Program-made: the position numbers and the translations under genes
Notes under the pieces: generated by a model
Told to the model about the DNA's origin: nothing
The model's database searches: none
The model's input: the letters and a program-made list of their open reading frames with translations, nothing else
Shown here: piece after piece, positions 38,001-49,079 of the stretch
How positions within the stretch are numbered: the first letter of the stretch is position 1
How the letters are laid out: each line of letters begins with the position of its first letter
Assembly (NCBI RefSeq): GCF_003704095.1
Contig: NW_020847750.1
Span: forward strand, 1 to 64,000
From: Pocillopora damicornis
Taxonomy: Eukaryota
DNA length: 64,000 bases
Reading direction: 5' to 3'

Positions 38001-41000
38001 GTCTCTAAGAGACCACAGATGCCTAACTATCAAATGAAAAGCTGTGATCATTATATTTCTCTAACAAACTCAGGTTATCATGCTAACACTTTGCTTTATC
38101 AGTCTGTAACTGAAAAATAAGTCTGGTAGCTCCAGATGGATTGTAATCTGCATATCAAGGAATATTTGTCTCCAAAATTCAAACAAATCTGTAAAAACAG
38201 TTCAAAGCCATCTTATTTTTTTTGTACTTTGCGGCTCTAAACAGTATGTACACATCACAATTTAGTTTACTTGTTTTAGAGTTACAGGGACATATAGAGA
38301 GGGTGTTTCTAAGGGGCTGTTGGGTTACTATAATCTGACTTGATATACATCACATTGATCTTTTCCACTTTTCTTTCCATTTCTTGTAATTCAACAATAG
38401 AAGGAAAAACCTCATCTTTTTTTCTGATAAAATGTCCTTTAAATTGCCCTGGCTAGTACTTTTTCAACGTAGACAGCTTATAACTTAAACATTTCTTGTG
38501 CAGGGCAGCCTTCTGTTGGTTTCAAGCTTATGGGAAATGTAAAAACTGTAATTCAAGTAAATAAAAAGAGGGTACTCACACAATATTCTGTTGATAGAGA
38601 GTGAAGGAGAATGAAAAGGAAGAGGAAATTATTATTAAAATACAAACTTAAACACAGAAACAACTATTACCCATCATTGAAAAAAGACCTTGAGAAGTAA
38701 ATGAGGTTGGAGATCATTTCCTTCAATGTTTGATGCATGTTAATTAACCCTTTTAACTCCCATGAGGGACCAAGACATAATTTCTCCTTACAATATCAAT
38801 ACAATATCAAGCACAGAAGTGATGAGAATAAAGAAAAATATCAATTAGGGGATTATAGATCCAATACCAAATACTCCAAGCTAACATCACAAGAACTGTA
38901 TGGCAGACAGTCAGAGTGAGATTGTCAGTAATGAGATTTTGGGAGTTACAGGGTTAAAAATTGTATGTCATTCAGGAGTAAACGACTAAGCCAAGTACAA
39001 GGGTTAACTAGTATATTTGAGGCAAACTCTCATAATCTTTACTGACCTGTAATAGTGAAAGGGTAATAATTCCAAGCCTTTTCTTCTACATAGAATATTT
39101 TTGGAATATAGGACCGCATCCATCCAGGAAGACGACTGAAAAAAAAAAGAAAAGAAAAAATGGAAAACAGTAAACTTCCCTTTATAACTGACAACCTCTT
39201 ACAACTCAATGCTGTTTTAAGAAATTCCTCCCAAGAATTTTCAGACAAGGGCATAGCTGGAAGGGGGGGGTGTTCCTGGGTGCCTGTGACCTCCCCTTTG
39301 GAAGCCTTGTTGTAAGCCTTTCTTTTTGACAAACAACCAGCAATATTCAGTGGTAAAAACTAATGAGTACCATCTGTTTACCACAGAGTGACCCCACTTA
39401 AAAAATCCTGGCTATGCCCCTGTGAGGGTAAGGTGTTTGGCTTATTTCACAACACTCTACACTAGCCCTGTCAGCCTGGTGCTAGAGCCCATTCCTCTCA
39501 TCTTTGGACACATTTAAACATGGGTTGTTTATGAAGTTAAAACAGGGTTAAAACAGGTTATCAGGTTGGCTGTGAGCAAGCTCTCTAGTGGGCACCATCA
39601 AATTCTACCGGCAGATTCTGTTTTCACTAATTGAATTTTGACAACTTTTTGACACCCAGGTTAATTAAGATTCTCTAAATAAATTATCTGCAGACTAACA
39701 GTCTGTCCAGCAGCTTGCTGGTCATGTTATCAGGAGGTTCACGATATCAAGATGATTACTCTCTGTTCCCAAGCCTCCCGCAGAAGATTATTGGTGACTA
39801 AATAGTGCATAGGAATTACCTCTGTAAACTGGCACAAATGTAACACCCAATCCTCACTCCTAAAATTACATTCTCAATTAGAGGTAACTTCACAAGGGAA
39901 ATACCCACAATACAACAGAAGTCTAATATAACACATACCATCTTCCATATACATATACAGGTGTACAAATTCACAAAATAACTTACAGTGAAATCTTGGA
40001 ATAAACCCTAACAAAATAACCCTCAAACTCCACACTGCAATTACATTAAATCTGCTATAACCTGTACCTGGATAAATAAACTCTCTTTTCTGTGAATTGT
40101 CCCTTTCCAAACTTTGGGTCCTCACAGGGCTCATTTTTCACCACATGGACTCCTTCACCTTGCTCACTCTGTTCATGGCTGTGTTTACTTATCATGAACA
40201 GTTGACCTATTTGATACTGGATATAAGCAATAAATAAATAAAAATTTTAATAAATATTAGCTTTTTTAGTGTTCAATGTATAAGTTGATATATTTACATG
40301 TAGGATCATGTGTGCTTCTCAGGACCCTCTGAATAAAAATTCAAAAGTATTGACTACCAACTTGAAGTAAAGCTTAATAATTGACATAACGCCAAACTGG
40401 TGACATGTGAATTAGTTTGCTGTTTAATAAACTGCAGCAAATAAATTGATCCCAGGTACTCCAAGAAGCATATCCATTTAAGCTTCAAAGTAGAGGGTTT
40501 GCAAACCCAGCAGTCTAAACCACATAGGCAAGCCATCAAGCACAACTGGGTGCTAATCATGCTTGTGGTCAGTGCTCAATGGTGCAACCATTTGGTCACC
40601 ATGGTGAGAAGAAAAAACTCAAAAACCATCCCTACCAAAGACTTTAATTTGAACAACAATACTGGATATTTTAAGATATGCTGATGAACTAAGTCAGAAC
40701 ATCAGACAATGCAAAGGGGAATCTGAAACCCAAAAGAATGGATATTCTGAAGAATAGCATATTTTATTTCATAAAAATGATACTTCCCCCTTACATTGTT
40801 AAAACTTCTGCAGCAAATTTTTCAAGTTATGTTTATATTAGATGTTTTGGTAAACTTAAAAGCACTGGAAACCAACAGAGAAACTTGTTTCACAACTGTT
40901 TATCTATACAAAAGTTGATATAAAATATTTATTGACATTCACTTTCAATATTTATTAAGTTTCATTTGCATAAACATACTCTATTTTGGCACATCATAGA

Positions 41001-42811
41001 AAAGTTATTTGTGAAAAACAAACAATTTTCACATCAGCTGAGATGAATATGACATCTAAAGAAGAAACAAGTGTTTTTTTTTCCAGTTTTTTAGTAAACT
41101 TTTCAGTTGCAGTGCCAATAAAGTGTTTGGATATTTTTTTAATTTTTCTATGATTTGTGAAAGAAATGAAAGAAAGTTAAAAAACCATCAATTTGGAAAC
41201 TAAGCTCAACATTTAATTTTAAGGGATTAACAGATCTTTTGTAGTCACTTGTTTGAGTTGTTTACAAAGTTCAGTAATGCTAACCATAACAAAGCAAACT
41301 CTATTATACAGCATGAATTAAATATTAAAAAATTGAAAATGTCTCCTTTGTTTTCAGTCCCAGTTGGTTTGTTGTAAGTTATTAGAATGAAAAGGAAAAC
41401 ATTTGATAGGCTGTACATGCATATTTGAACTGATACAATTATGGTTGTGTGGAAATTCTTTTCACTCAACAATCGGTTGATGAGATTTGGTTGTTACCTT
41501 CCAATGCTGTAATTAATGGATGTTGAGAAAAAACAGCCCAGCTTGTAAAGCTATTGTTGTTAGGTAAAATAGAAGCAATAACAGACTTTTATCGATCACA
41601 ATCACTGCCCAAGACTTACATGAAAGATAACACATGCAAATTAAAAGAGAAGTAACATTTCTAAAGAAAAAACTTAATTGATAAAATGATAACACAGATT
41701 TGTTCTCTAAGATATTTTGGAAACGTTTCATAAAATTTAATAAAAAAATTTGTCAAGCGTGTTAAAACAAATTTGCATGCAATATATTTTGTATTAAATT
41801 TAACGATCGAAAATGATATTATTGCTCGGAAATTGATAATATTTTCATCCAGGAAATTACTAATCAACAAAAGTTAAATTACCTGAAACTCGAGATAAGG
41901 AGGGGCTTTCATCAAACACTTCACTCCATTAAGAAAACTTGCAAATTAGGGTTAAAAATAAAGATATTGCACAAATTTTTTAATCCAAAAGTCCGAAAAG
42001 GATATTTACACATTAATTCACAAATTAGAGTTGAGCTTTTCGCTTTCTAAGAAATACAAGAAAGACAAAAAAAAAAGAGAATCACGCATATTTCGTGGTC
42101 ATTCGAATAGCACCGAGCCCTTCGGCTGTTATTAGCACAAATATCGCTTTTAGTTCGACACAAAAGATAGTACAACGGATCCATTTCGATTTTAATCTAG
42201 CTTTAAGGGCAACTCTAAAAGTTCATTTATCTGAAACAATCCTCAAATGCAGATACTATTTCTGGACTTTGTTTCATTCCCGCCTAACGCACGCAACACA
42301 GCAACTTTTATCGGTAATTTTGTCCATTACGAAGCGAAACCTCACAAGCTTCTACAGAAGATCTAGCGACCATAAAGCAGACTGTAAACTTTCAAATAAC
42401 AAGTAACCGAATCCAGAAAGCTATATATATTATCGATTTATTTCCGCACAACTTGGCGGTGACCCCAAATTATTGCGCGGCGAAATTGCTTATGTGATCT
42501 TCAAACCTATCCAAAGCAAGTCGCTCAAGTTGAGAAAATCCTGCTGTCAAAGTTCAAGTTCATACTAGTATAAAAAATTCATATTATTATATAATTAGAG
42601 TAATGCTAGAAATCTCGGTTGAAAATACAAATCTGAACTTGATCAAGAAGATATCCTCGATTAACCTGGTTTCGGGCTGACGTCTGGGTCTCGCGTGTCT
42701 TTTCGCTTACAGACGATCGACATTTCATCACGTTCAAAATTACGACGGTTAAGTAAAACATACCTCTTCCACCGTCATCGGCATACAGATCCTATACTCT
42801 TTCAATATCAT
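35085..42811 (-). CDS. PITPNC1: Cytoplasmic phosphatidylinositol transfer protein (RdgB-beta), 254 aa. Exons 42811-42764, 40216-40068, 39135-39047, 38587-38580, 37924-37853, 37523-37425, 37044-36985, 36309-36214, 35686-35623, 35164-35085
   Basis: MILKEYRICMPMTVEE|YQIGQLFMISKHSHEQS, GQFTEKRVYL, EKAWNYYPFTITE, KTGRGPL..GWR, PIMCSYKLV, LLGHRQAFAWIDDW; exon lengths sum to 765 nt in frame. Confidence 0.95.
36277..36577. repeat. Tandem duplication (period 165 bp) of an intron 3' end plus the start of PITPNC1 exon 8
   Basis: gagcacatgatgggttgagtatcatcct..aattacaaacagtttctgtttt...ttattgcccatgtttc occurs twice. Confidence 0.9.
38744..38957. mobile_element. piggyBac-type MITE in a PITPNC1 intron
   Basis: TTAA-CCCTTTTAACTCCCA ... 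TGGGAGTTACAGGG-TTAA. Confidence 0.7.
39247..39422. mobile_element. MITE with hAT-like termini
   Basis: agggcatagctgg ... cctggctatgcccctg inverted ends. Confidence 0.45.
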
Positions 42812-44908
42812 GTTGTCTAGTTAAGAAGAAAATACACTAACAAACTTCAAACAGCGTGCTACGATACAGTACTATAAAACATTTACCGCATCTCATAAAC
42901 AAATGACAATCGATGGTAAAATATAGCTTAGGTGCCATGCCTCCTGCATAACCCGATCGTGTGTCCTAAAAACCTGGGGCGCAAATACCGAATGAAAACC
43001 TGGATTTAGAAGATTTAGGAGGTCCGGGAATCTACGGGAAATCTTTCACGTCCGGCTTAAACTAACTTGCTTCTCGCTCGTGCCCACCCTTGTGATTACG
43101 GTAATTTCATATGCACATTTTTCGGACACATGAGTTCGAATGACGAGTCATCGACACAAACGGCACCCCGCGGCAATCTCTTGCACGCAAGACACGCGAA
43201 CTACGGGCAAACATGAGGAAAAGTAGCTTGTGTCAGTCAGCGAAGACGAGTAAAAAGGAGGCAAAAGAAGATGATATTTGTTAAATTAGTGGGAGTGCGG
43301 AGCAAAACCCAGCTGTTTCCCTGACCAACACATTTTTCGCTCGCCTTCTTCAAGTGAGAGCCTGGCAAAAGCTATGCGAAGGGCCGGGCGAGCGACCGGA
43401 AGCGCGTCACAAGAGCATTTCTCAGCCCTTACCCACTTCCCCCTCGCCTCACCGTTTTTTCGAGCCCACATGTCAGTTTAGATTTACAGGGAAAACCGTT
43501 AAATTAACCCCTCCCACTACCCTCCTCCCGCCCACACGAATGAGTGTGGAAAGGCCATGATATTTGACACCTTTTTTTGGATTTCGCCAAGGAAGGGACT
43601 AATTGCTTAACGTCGAACAAAACGCATTTGCTAATATTTATTCTATGAGGGAACAAATCGTTATAGCACACCTTAGGTTAATTTTCTTAAACAATGTGAC
43701 AGCTGTTCAGGTTTCATCAGGAAATTAGAAATGGCATTTTTATAAAACGAACCCACTATTGAGCTAAAATCTTAATACAAAATTTAACTAAAATGATTTT
43801 TTTTCTTTCTATGTTAAAAAAAAAAATTATTTCTTCTAACTGTTTTGAGTTTTTAATGGTTGTGGCGTCACGTAAAAACCAGGAATTGTACTTGATAGAT
43901 TTTAGTAATCTGTTTTTGTCTTATCGACAATATACGCTGGTCGTTTTTGCCATTATCAAACAAGTCTTGTTGAAATACAATCGAGTCCTCTATTCCTTGG
44001 TTTACGATTTTCCATTCTCTCCGGCTTCTTTTGTCCAGTGCTGATTTTTGTAAACAGGGTTGCTAAACGCTAAGTTACAATACAAATTGATGTGCTCGTC
44101 AGCATCAATGAATTCCAAGCACGTCCTCTCGAGTGCCGTCAATTTACCAGCCGTATCAACTTATATCAAAATGAAGGTTTCTTATTAATTTTGTACGAAA
44201 CTTTCTTAAGATTTAATTTTCGTGGATTGTCCTTGATACGCAAAAATATGTTGCCGAAAACAAAACATCCCTCAAAATGAACTGTCGTTAAAATTCACTA
44301 TTTGGTATCTTTTGTCAAAGTAGAAAATCCGCATGGGAAAAATTATCGCTTAAATTTTTTATCCTTCGCATTCCGATTTACTCGAGACATCCTTTTCCAA
44401 ATCCGTCGAAAGAAACGGGAAAAGATTTTTAGTTGAGGTTCACGAATTTCGAGTGACAGCGGTTTTAGAAAGCGAGACTAAAAGCGTGCGGTTTGTTAGA
44501 AACCACAACACTGATAAAAATTATTTTTAAAACCGAAAGATTAAGATAAAGGGAAACTACTCGAAAACGAAAATTTTCCGAGAATATTCACACTACATAT
44601 ATATAGATCGCCCATAGAGCGAAAGTCAGTAAGTCTAGTGGGGTGACTCTATGTCCTTAAAAATATATAACAGCTACCGGTTTTTATGTTGTTTATCGGA
44701 GTTCTTCACTCTCTAGTCCTTTCCGTCCAATATCGCGCAATTAGAATTCTCAAAGCATTTGTACGTGATATTGACTGACGGCATCGGGTAACACGCTATT
44801 GTTACGAGTAATGTCTTTCAGAAATGCAAAAGTGCTTTCTGTCTGTTAGGCAATATGTGACCTTCCTCCTTGACCTAAACTCAAGGGCACGTACACACCG
44901 CGATCTTC

Positions 44909-45940
44909 TCATGCAGGTGGTTTCAAAGATTTATCACATTGCGTGTGCTTGTCAGCCACTGCGTTATTTACCACGCTCTCGATTCGTATGGCTCGCAATG
45001 ATTGGGGTGAAGCTCCTTGATTTCTGACCGAGCATACCCCTCGTAGCGTGTCCATAATGGCGTTTCGAATGTGCCTCATCTTCCAGCAGTATATCACAGG
45101 ATTCAAAGTCGAGTTGAGATATGCAAGGGTTAGTGACCAAACAAAAAATCCCTTCAAGGGAGTGGTACGGCCATAGATTATCATAGACGACGTGGAGATG
45201 AAAAAAGGCGCATAACACGCCCAAAATACGACATATACGTAAAATATGCCCACAGTAGTTTTAAGGACGTTCGCAAAATTGGCCCCCTCTCCATTATACG
45301 CTTCTTGTCGCACTTCGCCACCTTCGATATCATTTTTAAGTCGACGCACGGTTAGATAAATCTTACTGTAAGCAATCGTTGTAAGAAAAAGACCAACGAG
45401 GCCTCCTACACACATGATTAGGTACTTCACATGGGGCGAAAGCCAGAGTACTATTACAGAAACACTCACACTCGCCAACCATAAAGAAGCCACTGAGGTA
45501 ACAACACGCTTGTGAGTCACAAGCTCCTGGTATCTGAGATGAAGATGGATTGCTAGGAATCTGTCTGCACTTACAGCCAACACGCCCAAGAAAGACGTTA
45601 TCGTGAACATGCCGATTATCGCATCGAAAACCATGTACGTGCTACAATTGGGGATAGCTTTGGATAATCCCTTGACAAGGAGCCAGGTGTAGAAAGGCTG
45701 ACTCAATAAGCCCACACCAACATCTGATGCAGCAAGACTCAGAAGGAGAGTTTCCAGAGTCTTCGGTAAACATGACGTCTTTTTAATCGCATAGATTGCT
45801 GCAATGTTCATCATGACTGCAGTGTGGCAGAGCAAAATGTTGAACACACAATTAGTGATGTACGTCGAACGAAGATCTTCAACTTCGGTAATTGAGGGGA
45901 AAAACTGCAACACCAATATATCACAAGACAAATTCTGCAT
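44909..45940 (-). CDS. Intronless orphan class A GPCR, 343 aa
   Basis: LAASD in TM2, DRF in TM3, CYAP in TM6, NSTLNPVIYCW in TM7; same broad family as 9329-10273. Confidence 0.92.
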   Translation of the reverse strand: MQNLSCDILVLQFFPSITEVEDLRSTYITNCVFNILLCHTAVMMNIAAIYAIKKTSCLPKTLETLLLSLAASDVGVGLLSQPFYTWLLVKGLSKAIPNCSTYMVFDAIIGMFTITSFLGVLAVSADRFLAIHLHLRYQELVTHKRVVTSVASLWLASVSVSVIVLWLSPHVKYLIMCVGGLVGLFLTTIAYSKIYLTVRRLKNDIEGGEVRQEAYNGEGANFANVLKTTVGIFYVYVVFWACYAPFFISTSSMIIYGRTTPLKGFFVWSLTLAYLNSTLNPVIYCWKMRHIRNAIMDTLRGVCSVRNQGASPQSLRAIRIESVVNNAVADKHTQCDKSLKPPA

Positions 45941-47374
45941 GACACGTACGAACTCCTGCTGGCCTTGCGTTTTTAAAAAATTTTTCCACGCACAGTTATG
46001 TAGTTTTTGACATCTGAAAAATTGACGACTTCGCGTGCTTAAATCGATTCTTTTGATGGAGAGAATTAAACGTGAGGATTTTCTACATTTAACTTGGTTT
46101 AACCGGCTAATTCAGTCACTTCTAGAGCTGCATCATTGTTTCAGCTTTTCAGCTGTCCTGTTGGTTTACATTAAGATTAAGAAAATGTTAATGAATAGTT
46201 TTGCGTCAGCAATAAAATTAAAATTTATAAAAACAACAAAAGGATGTGAATGTCGATTGACTTAAAAAGGTTAATTCAAAAAATAATCCCACATGACGCT
46301 GTAAACGTGTATGTAACTGTATGGAAAATATACAAAAAGAAACCTCCACATGCAGCAAAATTTTAGAGTGTCTTTAACAGCATTAAAACAATATGTTAAT
46401 AGTAAATGGTTAATTAAGCTAAGCATGTTCCAATATGTTAATCAATAAGAATGACAGAAACAATTCACCTGCTCAAACAACTCCTAACTGAACTAGACGC
46501 ATATCTGCGTGTACTCGGGCTTCTTCTTTTCAGAGAAACCTGATTGTTATGTTCAAGTGAAGATTATGTTTGTTGCCTCTGATGTTAATGGCAAAACTGC
46601 AACAACTGATATAGAGCTGTGAAAGTGTTTTATACTCACGAGACAAGATCGGATTTGCATATTTAATACTTTAAAAAAAACCTATAATACTTCATTCTTG
46701 CTCGTAAAGCTAGGGCGAGACGTAATTGCTTCTTCTCTCGCTAATCATTTTACGCGGATTTTCTTTTAACGTCGCATAGTTTGAGTTTAGATTTTTTTTT
46801 TTTCAAAAATTAATTGTAGCTTTTAAATTACTCTGTTTCCACGTGTCTTTACTTAAGAAGAATAAAAATGAATGAAAAGACGTTTCCATGTCATTTTTAG
46901 GTTATTCACATCCAGAGATAGTTTGACCCTCTGGCTCGGACACCTTGGATAACCTAGTCCCTTGAATGGACAATGAAATGTATTGTAATGTATGATTACC
47001 CACCCGGCGAAGTTATAATCTTGCACTTTATAATTTGAAACTCATGTATTTCAACTTTAATTTATTACCTAGGAAAACGGTAATTTTAACTAATATTTAA
47101 ATTTTAAACAGGATCTGACTCCAGCATAATATTAGAAGAACAAAACAAGATCTTGTGTAAATACCTGAAACAGGTATTTTCGTTAATAGATACTAATTAC
47201 ATCTGTTAACATCTTCGTAAAACAATGTATTAAAAAAGTCAAGTGTCAGTGTCATATGTGACAGCAAATTAAAGACCTCGAGAAACAGTAATCACTGTGC
47301 CAAGGTGTCGTCATCAATAGATATTAAATCTGCACACATCAAATTCGTAGACATGAATCATGAAATCTTTTATT

Positions 47375-47640
47375 TTAACGTATCTGAAACAAATATAGTG
47401 TCATATGCGAAAAGTATATACTGTATTGCTTGAATGGTTTGCTGGTGGAGAGTTTTTTACAAACTGTAGTGTCGTCATTCTCATTGTGTGTCATATCTGT
47501 CAGTTGTACATCAATATTTCCACAATCAATTTGAATATCTTTATATAAGGGGTTATCAGCTTTTAACCAATTAAGCGCTGTTATTATGAACTTAGGTCTA
47601 AAAAGTTGAAAATAAACATGTCCCTTGAGCTGAAGTTTGC
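47375..47640 (-). mobile_element. Helitron RepHel coding fragment (DUF6570-like region)
   Basis: Not on the ORF track; manual translation gives KLQLKGHVYFQLFRPKFIITALNWLKADNPLYKDIQIDC, resembling the RP....AL.WLK.NN.LY.DI motif upstream of the Helitron Rep domain. Confidence 0.7.
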
Positions 47641-47651
47641 TTATTTACAGG

Positions 47652-48300
47652 ATGCACGTCGCCTTTAGAGTCATCCTTTTTTTGGGTTTTCTGTTTCTAA
47701 TGGACAGATCTTGTTTTCACCAAAAATAAATAAATTTAAGTCCTTATCCTTAGCGCCGGACTAACTAGAATTAGAGCAGCGAAAACGCCACCGAACAGAA
47801 ATATAATGACCGACATTCTGATTATCAAGAGAGAGAATTTTACTGGAGGCAGAATACATGCCTCGAAATTTGCAAACAACACGATTACAGCGGGAGCCAA
47901 CTGGATTCATTTGGTAGATGACGACGAAACCAAACGTCTTGTAGAAGGAAAAGATGCATTAAAATTTTCGTACAATCATAAGTAACTCGTAAGACATTAT
48001 CGTGAGGTAAGTCGAGTCAATATCACCAAAATTACGATTTCTAAGAGAGAGACTGAGTGTATCATGCGCAGAAGGGGAACCTTTCTGTGCTATTTGATAG
48101 ACTTTCTTGGAGTCGGGGCTATCTATTGATCATCGCATATTGTTGTTTGTTTTAAAGAAAAAGGCTCTTTCCATGAATTTTACAGGGATGATGAAGGCCA
48201 AGGTATCACTGATTTTGCAGTTCTCAGGAGTTTAATGATTAAGTGGAATTAGAAAATTGAATATAAACAAATTTTCTGACGTGCCAGCGCGTATTGGTTT
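47652..48300 (+). pseudogene. Polyamine oxidase pseudogene: exon 1 (47652-48006) plus truncated exon 2 (from 48186)
   Basis: MHVAFRVILFLGFLFLMDRS then a frameshift and stop; FAD motif degraded to SAGLTR; GGRIH and GANWIH retained; gtgag|gtaag donor; exon 2 remnant DDEGQGITDFAVL breaks down. Confidence 0.85.
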
Positions 48301-49079
48301 TTTTTTACGAAACCACAGTTATAGGAAAAATTAAGTTTTATTTCACACGAGCTAAACTGTCTCAATACATGTACACCATCACCCCATGGGGGGGATTTGG
48401 AAATTAGTTCCCTAAAGGGATATAGTTATTTGTTGAGTACCTCCCAAAGGAGTAATTTTCAAAGGTTTTAGTTTGAAAACGAGTATAAATTCTAGCCATT
48501 ATGATGTTAAATCGTTTATGAAACCACGTGAAACTCAGTTCATAATGCAGAAACTTTGATATATCGTTTGTGCTGATGTATTAAGTGCATTTCACCAATA
48601 CTTGACTTCGGCTCAAACGCGAAGCTTAATTATGATACAGTAAGGGTAATGAATTCGCAAACCAAGCACAACTTTAAAGAGCCACGCCTAAAAACGGGTG
48701 TGGAAAATGGCATAATTTGGTCTCAAATTGGGTGAGTATTTGGAGAAGTGGCCGGTACACTCCTCATACTGAGGAACTGCGTAGGGTACCCACCTTCCCC
48801 CCCCCCCTTTTTTCCAGCATTCCCCTTCAATTAGCCTTTGTTGGCTGCCCAAATAATACCAGCAATTTTCTACTACACCGATTACAATTAGACATGTCGA
48901 TAAACGTCTTCCGTCTTAGGTGAAGTTTGAAAAATGAAAATTCATGAATTATCGTTAACTTTTTAATTGATATTACACTAGTGTTTCACAGGAGGAGCTT
49001 CATTATTTCACTACCAATGCAACTACTACTCAAGCAAAAAAATTATCGTAACTAAATTGATCCTTTGTCAAGCTACACC

